Part shown: piece by piece, positions 35,212 to 48,600 of the stretch | Layout: each line of letters begins with the position of its first letter | Numbering within the stretch: position 1 is the first letter of the stretch | Assembly: GCF_006345805.1 (NCBI RefSeq) | Contig: NC_042998.1 | Location: 68,448,001 to 68,512,000 of the forward strand | Direction: 5' to 3' | DNA from: Octopus sinensis | Lineage: Eukaryota | Length of the DNA stretch: 64,000 bases | The notes under the pieces: model-generated | Told to the model about the DNA's origin: nothing | The model's input: only the letters and a program-made list of their open reading frames with translations | Databases searched by the model: none | Made by a program: the position numbers and the translations under genes

Positions 35212-37011
35212 TTAGTTGTGATCTGAACATAACCGCTTCTCATACAGAGGATCGGGGGCCCTTTTGGGCGTTCTATTTTCCTTGCTGGAAGGGTTCTCAA
35301 CCCATGGGTAAAGTGGGGTTACATGATGGGGGGTGGTGTTTTCAAAAGAGTTGGCATATGCAACCTGATCACCTCTGCCGATCAAACTCCCAACCCATGC
35401 GCTCCCATCGCGACATTGATTCTGCAGAACTGGTTTGGGTATGAAAACCAACTTTAAAGTATAAATATAGATGTTTTTGAATCAGTAATGTATGGTTAAG
35501 TCCCATTTGGGGTAAAAAAAAATCAATAAACTGATTATTTATGGGGGTTTTCATTTAATCAGTATTTGAAAAATCGATAAACCGATTCCTTATAGGACTT
35601 CCCACTAAAATTGGTTACACTCCATTTTCAACCATAACGTCTATCAATTTTGATGTATTTCGTTCAAACTTGATGCCAGCATTACTTAGGATTCATGGGA
35701 TCTTTGAATGCTTTAAGTTCTCCAAAAACGAAAAAAAAAAAAAGCAATCGATGAGTGGAAAAAATCGATTAACCGATTCCTTATGGGATTTCCCAATCAA
35801 ATTGTCTGCAAAAATTCAGCCAAAAGTTTACCAATTTCAACGGATTTCACTCAAATTTGACGTCGATGTTACTTAGTTTGCTTTGAAATAAAGAGCTTGT
35901 AGGGAATACGACCGTACGTAAGGAGTTGGTGACAAATGTCTCCTTTTGAACGCGGCGTGGTCGCCCCTAACAAAATAAATAGCCAAATACATGATATAAA
36001 ATACAGTGCCAAAAGGAATGAATGAATGACGACAACCGTTCTACTGTTTGAGAGAGAAGACTTTATTTACAAAGTGTACAAAGATAATGTATGGGTGCTA
36101 GCAAAGTGTAGTGTCTGGATGCGTGCGACATAGTGTTTGTGTCTGTGTGTTCGTGTATGCGACAGAAGGTGAATGCGTATACAACAGAATACAGACCATA
36201 AGATACGTTTCTCAGCATATTGAGTTAGATGGAATTTGTTTACTAGTTCGTAAGTGAGGTACACGATAGCAAATTCTATAACAAGATGTTGTGGACACGA
36301 GGCAGGGGCCGGTTGGGCACATGTCGTGCAGAGGTTGGGGCTTCAATGCCGTGCCGAGTCTCTTGATACAGAAAGTTCTTTCAGGTAGAATGCAACTGTT
36401 TTACCTCGGTGAAATATTCATAACAGTGTGGAGTTTAAACCTGGTTTTGTTGATGTGTACATATTTGAAGTTGACAGTGGTAGAGACGTCCTACGTTGCT
36501 GGTGTACATTGGCGTCGTCATGGCTGAAGCAGGAGCATGGCTGGCTGGTTGGCTGGCTGGCTGGTTGGCTGGCTGGCTGGTTGGCTGGCTGGCTGACTGG
36601 CTGGCTGGTTGGCTGGCTGGCTGGTTGTCTGTCGCTGGAACTAGAACACGGCTGAGTAGCTCTGTGGTCAGTGACTAGACCTTAGAAGGTCTAGAGCCAA
36701 AGACCCGGAAGGCTGTTGATCTTGCCCTTTTAAAGCCTGAGGTAGGCTCAAATGAAGCAGACCTTATCCGAAGGTCGTGATTGGTTGGCTTACACACTGG
36801 CGCGAAAAAAGTCGAAAGACAAACTGCGCCAAATGCCAACAAATCAGTGCAGTGGACACAACAGGGTCAAGCTAGCCAAAGATGGTTGTTATCTCACCGA
36901 GATCATTCTTAATGTGTCTCCCAAACAGTGAGGATATCATTTACGATATACAAGCTTGATAAGCTTAATAATCCTAACTTAATCCCGAGCAAAGCCGGGC
37001 TATACTGCTAG
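34363..37011 (+). mobile_element. About 2.65-kb non-autonomous Helitron (possibly composite)
   Basis: A|TCTGTATATATATAG 5' end; 3' hairpin CCCG-AGCAAAGC-CGGG then CTAG|T; A^T insertion site; no Rep/helicase recognised. Confidence 0.6.
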
Positions 37012-37539
37012 TATTTTCTAAATCTAAATATCTTATTTGAAATTTTATCCGTTGCTGCAATATTTTAAGTAAAACGTTTCTTGTTCTTTACTTTACCTCA
37101 TGTAATACGTTGTCCTTAACTTTTCCAAGTGTAATAGCCTGTCCTGTGATTTTCCAGGTTTATAATCTTAAGATTATAATCTTAAGAATATTATTCCTCA
37201 TTTTTCGATGTAATAATGTCTTTAATGCATTTGGGGAAGGCCATTTGCTCAGCTGATATAGTTTTTGTAAAGTAATCAATATTTATAAAAATCGTATTTT
37301 ATCGCAGTCAAATGTGTAGTAAAAACACTTCATTCCTATTCTTTTATTTGTTTCAGTCATTTGACTACGGCCATGCTGGAGCACCGCCTTTAGTCGAACA
37401 TATCGACCTCAGGACTTATTCTTTGTAAGCCTAGTACTTATTCTATAGGTCACTTTTGCTGAACCGCTAAGTTACAGGGACATCAAGCGATGACATACAT
37501 ACATACATACATACATACATACATACATACATACATACA

Positions 37540-37571
<32 letters not shown>

Positions 37572-39472
37572 CACACTCTCAAACGACGGGCTTTCAGTTT
37601 CTGTCGACCAAATCCACTCACAAGGCTTTGGTCAACCCGAGGCTATAATAGAAGGCACTTGCCCAATGTGCTACGCAGTGGGACTGAACCCAGAGCCATG
37701 TGGTTGGGAAGCAAGCTTCGTCGGGTCACCGGGAAAGTTTGAGCTTCCCAGCAACGGAGTTCTGTTTCGTGTTTTTTTTTTCTTTTTCAGGTTATTTCGC
37801 ATGCTTTCAACGAACGTGACATTGAAATCAAGCATAAGCAGCTCCTTTCCACAGAAAAGGAAAGATTTGGCTGCTATTTCTCGCACGCCCTGCTACAACG
37901 TAGCAGGCATTTCAGGTCCATTATCGCAAATAGCGGTTACGTGGTAGCAGGGTGTGCTAGAAACAGCAGCCACATTTTTGGAAATGAGATACGTTAAATG
38001 CTCTCGAAAAAACTATGGAAAAAAATTGGATCTTTTCATTTTGAAGGCCAGATTTTCCTAGTTAACAAAAAAATTTGAAACTTCGTATACTGGTAGAATG
38101 TGTCAAAAGAAAACATTATTGTAAACAAAATTGAAAACAAAATTGTAATTCGTAACTTAAACGTAGTTTAATTTTAACAAAAGCGAAAATAGAAACATTT
38201 TTCGTTTTCAAATCACTGTATAATCGAAAGATAAGAGTTATTTCCCTTCCAGGATCAAGCTAATTTCGGAGACTTTTTCCATTAAACATGGTTTTGGGTA
38301 TTTATACCCCGAAAACTCTTAATATCTTCAGAACGACTTATCCAATTTAAGCGAAATTTGTTTTATTCCGTTCGTATTTACATATTAGTTTAAACTTCAT
38401 TCATAGTATTTTCCCATTATGTGCTAGTTTGCCTGAGTAACATTGCAAGCAAGCAAGCAAGATAGGAGTCGCTGTATGGATAGGCGCTTACTTCCCAACC
38501 ACACGGTTCTGGTTTCAGTCCCACTTTGTGGCACCTTGGGCAAGTGTCTTCTACTATAGCCTCGGGCCGACCAAAGCCTTGAGTGGATTTAGTAGACGGA
38601 AGCCCGTCGTATATATGTATGTGTGTATATGTTTGTGTGTCTATTTGTTGGTGTATTTGCGTCCCCGTAACTTAGCGGGTCGGCAAAAGAGACAGGTAGA
38701 ATAAGTACTCGGCTACAAAGAATGAGCCCTTTGGTTGATTTGTTCAACTAAAGCCGGTGCTCCAGCATGGCCTCAGTCAAATGACTGCAACAGATAAAAG
38801 AATAAAAGAATACCAGTAAAGTTAATCGCCACATCAAAGTGACTGATCCATGTTACGACTAGTTTAACCCCAGGCAGGTCTTTCGCCAGCTGGTTATCGG
38901 TTGGATTCTGAACCTCTGATGATCAAAATTGTATTGTATGGCAGCACTCCGTTGGTTATGGCGATGAGTGTCCCAGCTGATTCAATCAACGGAACAGCTT
39001 GCTCGTGAAATTAATGTGCAAGTGGTTGAGCACTCCACAGACATGTGTATCCTTAACGTTGTTCTCAAGGAGATTCAGCGTGACAAAGTTTGTGACAAGG
39101 CTGGCCCTTTGAAATACAGGTACTACTCATTTTTGCCAGCTGAGTTGACTGGAGCGACATGAAATAAAGTGTCTTACTCGAGGACATAAGGTGAGGTCGG
39201 GAATCGAACTCATGACCTTACGATCATGAGCCACCCTAACCACTAGACGACACGTCTTCACAAGGTCCAAAATACAAAATTTCGAAGACCGCTTTTTATT
39301 TTATTTTATAATTTTTTTTCTTTAAAAACACGCTAGAAGAGACGACTGAAAAAAAAATTTCACGCTGAAACGAATACATTCCGGAAATTTTAGTAGTTTC
39401 GTTTAGCTGAAATAAGAAGACAATATTAAACGCATTCCAGATTTTGTATATTTATAAGGCACGATAGCAAAT

Positions 39473-39605
39473 ATGGAGGAGCACGTGGAACAGTCTCGGA
39501 CACTGTTTGTTAGGAAAATACCTCTGACAGCAACAAATGAATCCCTTGCGGATAAATTTAGTGAGATTGGACCAGTTAAACGGGCTTTCGTTATTAAAGA
39601 AAAAG
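39473..39605 (+). CDS. RBM28: RBM28 exon 1 (MEEHVEQSRTLFVRKIPL...GPVKRAFVIKEK)
   Basis: ATG 39473, donor GTAAGT, N-half of RRM1. Confidence 0.92.
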
Positions 39606-42600
39606 GTAAGTTTCTAATGATTTCTGTTTATTACTTATAAATTTCTCCAGCTACATCGATGTATGCATGTGATAATAATTAGAGTTGGTTCAATTTGTAA
39701 TTATTGTTAGCATGTGGTGAAGAATATTTATTAAATATGAATATTACAGACTTAAATATATAAAATAGAATTAATAATTATATTTCTAATAACTGAAAAC
39801 GTCGGTGAGAGAAAGCCCAACTGCTTATTTTTACTTATGATCATAACATGTAAAAGTAATTAATGTAGACAACACAAATATATACTACGGCTGTAATTAA
39901 CCGTAATTATTAGTATTGGCGAAGTTTCGCATTACAACCGAAACTATGCCTCAGTATTAATACCCACTAAGGCGGTCAGCTGGCAGAGCCTTTAGCACAC
40001 CGGATAAAATGCTTAGCGGCATTTTCGTCCGTCTTTACTTTCTGAGTTCAAATTCCGCCGTGGGAATCAGAATCGTACCTCTCCTGAAAAAAAAGCGATT
40101 CTGCATTAGCCCCTGGTCGACTTAGCATTTCATCATTAAATACAGGAAAGATGTAGCGGTTGGGTATTGGGGTCGATGTAATCGATTTACAACACGCTCC
40201 CCTGAAATTGCTGGCCTTGTGCCAGAATTTGAAACCTAAATCCCTTTATTGGTGAAAGTGCTTAAACATTTTGTCTGAGACGTGTTATTTTAATCTCGAG
40301 GTTTAGTGGTTAACTGGCAAGAACAACATGTAGTAAAGCCAACGTGGAATCCTATAAGTGGTCATTGAACTTTCTAGAAACAACAGCTAAATCTCTCAAC
40401 CCACCCTACCTGTCTTTAAAATAGACACATTGAATCCTGGATAGCCTTAAAAAATAGGATGGTCACGGCCTAATTGCCTTTGATGAGGGGAAACAACATC
40501 TTAATTCATAAAACAAGGAAACCTGATCACTTGAGTTGCTAGAAAGAGCAGCTAAATCTCTCGCTTAACAACCTCCAGTGTCTTAAAATTGCGAAGTACA
40601 CATTGTAGTATTAGATATATACCAACCCCCTGCGACAAAAAACGAGCTGGTCGTTGCTGGAATGTTTTCCATGCTTGCATGGATTAGATTGCCTGGTCAG
40701 AGTGACGTGGAAAATTGGAAAGAGCATTTGCACGAGCTCTTTGCTTACGAAGAACGTGCAAAGAGGTCAAGAAGGCCGGACATATTTTTTGCAATTGACA
40801 GCAACCGAATCGACACCGCCTGAGGCTTTTTGTTTACAACCAGCGAAACACATGTGAAGACGGGAAATATGAATTCACTAACATACACGCACACACACAC
40901 ATAGGCGCAAGAGTGGCTGTGTAGTAAGAACCTTACTCCCCAGCCACGTGGTTCCGGGTTCAGTCCCACTGCGTGGCACCTTGGTTATGTGTCTTCTACT
41001 ATAGCCTCGGCCGACAAAAGCTTTGTGAGTGAATTTGGAAGACGGAAACTGAAAGAAGCCTGTCGTATATTTATATATATATGTGTGTGTGTATTTGTGT
41101 GAATGTGTTTGACACTAATACACCAACATCGCTTGACGATCGATGTTGGTGTGTTTACGTCTCCGTAACTTAGCGGTTCGGCAAAGGAAACCGATAGAAT
41201 AAATACTAGGCTTACAAAGAATAAGTCTTAGGGTCAATTATTCGACTAAAAGGCAGTGCTCCAGCATGGCCGCAGTCAGATGACTGACACAAAAGGATAT
41301 ATTTATATATGGGTAATTTTTCAGTATAAGTTCGAAAAGAACAGAAAAAACAAAACCAACTAACGAAAATTAAAGGGTTAATATAGGGCGTTACGATTAT
41401 CAGAAAAAAAAAAAAAATGTGTGTAATAGGTGTAAAACAACTTCCTATGAACGAATTAGGTTAATATAGGGTTAATATTAGGTTAACCAAGTTATCAATA
41501 GTGTCCACAATATGTTTTGAATTTAGGCTTACAGCTGCTTCAGAAATGCATTTGGGTGAGTTCATGGTTCAACATATATATATATCTCATCATCATCATT
41601 TAACGTCCGTTTTCTCTGTTAGCATGGGTTGGACGGTTCGACTGGGGTCTGGGAAGCCAGGAGGCTGCACCAGGCTCCAGTCTGATCTGGCAGTGTTTCT
41701 ACAGCTGGATGCCCTTCCTAATGCCAACCATTCCGTGAGTTTAGTGGATGCTTTTTACATGACACCGGCACAGAAGCCAGTCAAGATGGTGCTGGCTTCG
41801 GCCACATCAGAGGCGCAATAGCCCAGTGGTCAGGGCAGCAGACTCACGGTCGTAGGATTGTGGTTTCGTTTCCCAGACCGGTAGTTGTGTTTATTGAGTG
41901 AAAACACCTAAAGCTTTACAAGGCTCCGGTGAACCCTTCTGTATTCTTTCTCTCACTCTTTCTTCCTGTTTCTGCTGTACATGTATTTCAGAGTGCCTGC
42001 CTTGTCACACAGAAACTCCCTGAGGGTACAAGTTTCTGTGGAGTGCTCAGCCATTTGTATGTTAATTTCATGAGCAGGCTGTTCTGTTGACTGGATCAGT
42101 TGAAACCTTGTCATCATAAGTGACAGAGGGCCACGAGATATATATATATATATACTAGACATAAGTTTCATAAACTATAAGATGTAAATGTCCACACTAC
42201 CACACTTGAAACATACTGTTATAACACTTTATCTCGAATGTACGTGAAGATGTTTAGAATGCCCAAACTTATTTCTGCAAATGTGCTAAGCACTGATGCT
42301 GATCATTGTTTAATCAATAAGCATAGGAGTGAGGTAAATGCAGTAAAAATAGGGGATTTGGTGGGGCCCCATTGAAGCGACCCTTCAGAAATTGAACCCC
42401 TTATGAGAGTTCATGGTATGTCATTGCTCTGGTTTGGTCGCCAATGCCATGTATTAAGTTTAAAAGTCAGTGGGGCCCCAATTAGGCAGCCCTTAAAAAA
42501 AACAGACCCCCGCTTTCTTAGGACATGCCCTGGGATTAGGGGAGTTGCTGGTTTGAGTTTCGTTGTTCTTGCACCAACGGTCTTGGGGTAGTTAACAAAC

Positions 42601-45600
42601 ATAACAGAGAAACATCACTGAAATTTATAATAGGATATATTTATATATATATATATAAATCATATATATATATAAGATGCAACACGGAATTTTGTCAGTG
42701 AACAGGTCGAAAATATTTTGGCAAATTAAATTTAAATGTTGAAGTGAATCTAACGGTTTTTATGTGTTTCTTAAATGACTTATAAACACCTTCCATGCTG
42801 CAATTGTTTATCTCTCTATATATAAACGGCAGTTTGTCTGTCTGTGTGTCTGTCAGGTTGTACCCTTACCCTGACCACAGCTTTCAACCGATTCTGATGA
42901 AACTTGACACACACATAGCCCAATGTCATAATTCAAAACTAACGCAGCGAAAACTTTGAAACACTCCCCCAGTTCTGAAAATAATCGATGAATTCGACAT
43001 GGGGTCGAGAATCTAAGCTTTTTATTTGCAACACATTTTCTGTTGTAGTTTTCGCAACTTGCAATCGATTTTCACCAAACTCATGGTGAAGCTTAATGTT
43101 ACCCTAAGAAACTTAATTCTGACGTTAGTTTTCCATGCAATACCTTACCATCAGAAAAAATCGATAAAATCATGCCATTTTGGGAAATCGCGTTCAAATT
43201 CAAGATGGCATATTTTCGACAATATCTTTCACAAATTGGCAGGAATTTTTTTTAAATTCACAGCGAGCATCATGTCTGCTCCAGGGGCTCTTACATACCT
43301 GGGCAATGGGGGGCTATGCTGCTAGTATATATATATATATGGCTATGTGGTAAAAAGCTTGCTTCCTAGTTCAGTCCCACTGCATGGTATCTTGAGCAAG
43401 TGTCTTCTACTTTCTAGTTTCTGATGGGATTTGGTAGACAGAAACTGAAAGAAACCTATCATATACATGTGTGTATGTCTATTGGTGCTTGTCTCACCTC
43501 CACCCCCACTCTTTGTGAACCAGTGTTGATGTGTTTATGTACCCACAACTTAGCAATTTGGCAAAAGAGACCGATATAATAAATGTCAGTCTTAAAAAAT
43601 AATAAGTATTGGGGTCAATTCATTCAGCTAAAATTCTTCAAGGCAGTGCCCCAGCATGGCTGCAGTCTAATGACTGAAACCAGTAACAGATATACATATG
43701 TATGTGATGGGTTTCTATCTGCCATTTTCACTTGCAAAGTATTGACTTGCAGTTATGGGCATTAACTGAAAGCTTCCACACATTGGTTTGAACCCTTTCT
43801 TCGTGGTTGTAAAATGAATTGCTTAACCATGCACTTGTGTCTGCATCTCATGAAATTTGTTGATTTTTATTTCTAGGTGAAAATAAGAAGAACCGAGGCT
43901 TTGGTTATGTCACATATTCTTTCAGGTTTGTAATAAATATTCCATTGAATTTGTCTATCTTCTACTGTTACATGAATTGTTATTGAATATGTATTTATTG
44001 GGCCTCACAGGCAGTGTAGCCGATGCCATTGTAGCATAGCTAGCACTCGTGCTGGTGGCACATAAAGAGCACCCTTTGAGCACTGGGCCTCACAGATGCA
44101 ATGACAATTGACAAAGACCTTTGGCAATATGCTATGCTTGAGAAGGAAAACCCATCAAGTTAAATGAAATCTTGGTCGTAGCAGATACTGGTGTTACACA
44201 ACTGGCACCCATGCCAGTGGCACATAAAAGCACCCATTACACTCTTAGAGTGGTTGACATTAGGAAGAATATCCAACTGCAGAAACTATTCCAAATCAGA
44301 CTGGAGTCTGGTGCAGCCCCTCAGCTTGCCAGCCCTGGTCAAACCGTCCAACCCATGCCATCATGAATAATGGACACCAAATGATGATGACGAAGATGAA
44401 ACAGAATAGGTAACCAGATGGTCACAGTTTCAAATCCTGTCACTACCCATTCTTTAAATGTTACTCAACTTGTTCAGTTATCCAACATCATGAAAAGAGC
44501 ATTCGGCTGTATGCTCTTCCTAATGCCAACCACTCCGAGAGTGTAGTATTTGCTTTTTACATGCCACCAGCACAGGTGCCAGTCAGATGGCACTGGCAGC
44601 TGTAAAATATTTAATCCTGTTGTAATTATAAATTATTGCAACAAAATTCTGTTATGTCATGGATTTAAGAATAAGGTAAAAATACATCAACATCATCGTC
44701 ATTTAACGTCTGCTTTCTGAGCTGGCATGGGTTTGACCGTTTGACAGAGGGCTGGCAAACCAGAAGGCTGCATCCAATTGGATCTGGCAAAGTTTCTACA
44801 GCTTGATGCTCTTCCTAACACCAACCACTCTGAGAGTGTAGTGGGTGCTTTTTACATGCCACTGACACAAGGGCCAGAATTGGCGGTACTGGCAGTGACC
44901 ACGCTTGAATGGTGCTTTTTACATGCCACCAGCACGACAGTGACTTCACTTGGCTCAACGGGTCTTCACAAGCACAGTGTATTGCACAATGATTGAAGGG
45001 TACTCTTAGACATGCTGGTTATTCTGCACTGGCATAGGCCACAGTTATGTTCTCACTTGGCTTGCTGGGTTTTCTCAAGCACTGCTTATCTCCAAAGGTC
45101 TCAGTCATTTGTCATCACCTCTGTGAGGCCTAACGTTCGAAGGTCGTGCTTCACCACCTCATCCCAAGTCTTCCATAGGTTCCCTCATGATAATGATATG
45201 TATGTATATATTTAGTATGATCATGATGATATGTGTGTGTATATATAGTATGAGGACTAAATATATTTTCTTCTTTTTCTTGCAGAGATGATGCTGTTAA
45301 AGCAATGGAAACCATCAAAGAATTTGATGGTCGTAACATATTCATCACTTTTGCCGATCGGAGAAATATGGGTGATTCTTCATCACAGAAAAGAGCACCC
45401 CCAGCCAAACGTACGTCGACATATTGACTTTCTATCTCTTATAATGTAAATGTATCCAAGATCCTTGAAGCCAGATATTTTGTTTTCTGTCTTGTGAACA
45501 GAAATAGGTCTACAGCGAGACCCTTAATCCATCATCATCATTTAATGGTGATGATGATGATGATGGAATAGTTGTCTTGCTGTAGACATATTTCCTGTCT

Positions 45601-48600
45601 CCTTATTCTTAATTCTACATGATCCTGTTTTTAGGTGCAAGTGTGAGTGTGAGGTAAGAAGTTTGCTTCCCATCACATGGTTCTGGGTTCAGTCCCACTG
45701 TGTGGCACCTTCAGTGAGTGTCTCAAGTTGACCAAAGCTTTGTGAGTAGATTTGGTAGATGGAAACTAAAAGAAGTCCCTTGTGTGTGTGTATGTCTCTG
45801 CTTGACAACCAGTGCTGGTGTGTTTATGTCCCTGTAACTTAGCAGTCCAGCAATATAAATAGCTACCAATCCTGAAAAAAAAATTAGTACTGGGGTCACC
45901 TCACAGATGTAGTGACAGGTTCCCGAGACCTTTGGCAGTATACCGTGGTTGAGAAGACCTATCAAACCAAGTGAGATCATAAATAAAAAATAGACATTCT
46001 TTCTCAAGCCATGCCAGGCTCATAAGGGCTGGTTTCAGTGGCATAGAAATTTCCCACCTAGACGGGATGCCAGTCCTTCGCAGGATTACTCATTTTTGCC
46101 AGCTGAGTGGACTGGAGCAACATGAAATGAAATGTTTTGCTCAAGAACATAACACATCGCCCGGTCCAGGAATCGAAGCTACAACCTTACGATCATGAGT
46201 TCAACGCCCTAACCACTAAGCCACGCACCTCCACCGAGTGAGATCATAGTCTTGGCTAATGCCAGTGTCAGATAAAAAGCACCCTCTGCACTCTAGGAGT
46301 GTTGGTGTTAGGAAAGGCATCCAGCCAGAGAGACCATGGCAAAACAGACATGGAACCTCATACAGCTTATCAGTCTTCTGTCAAACTGTCCAAACCTTGC
46401 CAGCATGGAAAATGGATATTAAATTATGATTAGTATATCGATTCATTCAAGCAAAATTCTTCAAAGTGTTACCCCAGCATGGCTACTGTCTCATGAAAGA
46501 CGAAAATAATCTAACTTGTCATCGAATGGCACCAAGCCATCTCCCTCAATACTGTTCCCTGTTCAGTTGAGGAGCCTTGTATTATTGTAAGTTATTTGGT
46601 GATCTCACTGCAGCTGGTGCCATACAAAAAGGAAGCCAGCACACTTTGTAAAGTGGTTGGCATTAGGAAAGATATCCAGACAGAAATTATTGCCAAGGCT
46701 GACATTGAACTCAATGCAGCTCGGCAGCTTGTTGTTGGATCCTGTCAAACCATCTAAATTTTACAAGGATGTTAAATCGTCATCATTGTTGTCGTCGTCA
46801 TTTAACGTCCACTTTCCATGCTGGCATGGGTTGGACGGTTTGACTGAGGACTGACAAGCCAGAAGGCTGCACCAGGTTTCAATCTGATCTGGCAAGGTTT
46901 CTACAGCTGGATGCTCTCCTTAGCGCCAGCCACTCAGAGTGTAGAGGGTGCTTTTTACATGCCACTGGCACTAGAGCTAGTTAAGCGGCACTGGCATCAG
47001 TCACACTCGAATGGTGCTTTTTATGTGCTACCAACACAGGTGGCATTGGTCACACTGAAATGGTACTTTTTGAATACCATCAGTACGAGTGCCAGTCAAG
47101 CAGGACTGGCATCGGCCATGACTACATTTTCACTCAGTTCAACAGGTCTTCAAAAGCATGGCATATTACCCCAGTTAAGCAAATCTGGCATTGGCCATGA
47201 TTATGATCATACTTGGCTTGCTGGGGTCTTCTCAAGCACAGCATATCTCCAGAAGTCTTGGTCGTTTGTCATTGCCTCTGTAAGGCTCAAGTTCAAATGT
47301 CATAGTGAGTTAGCTAGATCCCTGCTTCTCAACCTCTATGTCTCCGATGGATCCCTTTAATTTCTATTCTATGCAACTGGACCCCTATAACCACTTGATG
47401 TGAAAAAAAATCCTATTGTATCTTTATAATTAAATGTTATTAGGAATTGTACAGGGTGGCCACTGAAAGACTGAATGAAATAAAACAAAAATAGCTTTTA
47501 CAAACACTAACCAGCCCAGGCAAAAGTACCTTGGGTTGTAGGGCGACATGCCGTGCTTGAGGAGACCTATTGAGTCAAGTTCATCAAAATCAAATCAAAT
47601 GGAAATTGTAGTTGTGACCCCCATGCCGGTAGCACGTAGAAAAGCACCATCTGATCGTGGTAGATTCCAGCTCCTCTGGCCCCTGTGCCAGTGGCACGTA
47701 AAAAGAACCCACTACACTCTCGGAGTGGTTGGCATTAGGAAGGGAATCCAGCTGTAGAAACACTGCCAGACCAGATTGGGGCCTGGTGCAGCCTCCTAGC
47801 TTCCCAGACCCCAGTTGAACCGTCCAACCCATGCCAACATGGAAAACAGATGTTGAACGATGATGATGATGGTTTTTTATTATTTCATTTGGATGGAAAT
47901 CTTTTAAAATCCAGCTTCAGAATGTTCTGACATGATGCCTAGTTGAGCAGATCGATGACAGGCAGAGGCTGATGGATCCTGTTAAGGACACACTGCCATA
48001 CAGCTTCCACCACTGCGTCAGTGTGCTTATGCCCTCTTCCCGGAAGATCGCCGACTGATCCGGTTCTTTCAGACCAGACAGTTACATTCCGAATCATGTT
48101 TATTGCTGGGAGATACTCTGAAAGTAATATGTTGCAGGTATTTTCTCTGAGTTTGAATAATTGATTTTTCAATGGAATAGAAAAACACAATGAGTTTTAC
48201 TCATTGATGGACAAAGCCATTTTAACCTGCAAAAAAAAAAAAATAAGAAAAGGAAAAAGATTGAAAATGAACAAGTTATGACTTTTTCAAACCCTTCAGT
48301 TTTTCAGTAGCCACCCTGTATAAATAAATTGTTAGAATATTTTGTGATTTGTAGAAGTATAACCAGTTTATTCTACTTTTGCTTGTTTCAGTCATTTGAC
48401 TGTAGCCATGCTGGAGCACCGCTTTTAGTCAACCAAATCGACCCCCAGGTCTTATTCTTTGTACTTAGTCTATTGAATTCTTTCGTCGAAACACTAAGTT
48501 ATAGGGACGTAAACATACCAGCATCGCTTGTCAAGTGATGTTGGGGGACAAACACAGATACATAAACACACACACATATATATATATATATAATAATATT

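Noticed and set aside
37160-37187. 20-bp palindrome TTATAATCTTAAGATTATAA with tandem extension
   Set aside because: AT-only; readily produced by a local 13-nt duplication; no supporting context
34897-38441. RFX X-box-like motifs upstream of ciliary CEP290 (GTTACCAGAGCAAA 34897-34910; GCTTCCCAGCAAC 37743-37755; TTTGCCTGAGTAAC 38428-38441)
   Set aside because: Each has one or two mismatches; about one such hit is expected by chance in 7 kb, and they lie in or near repeats
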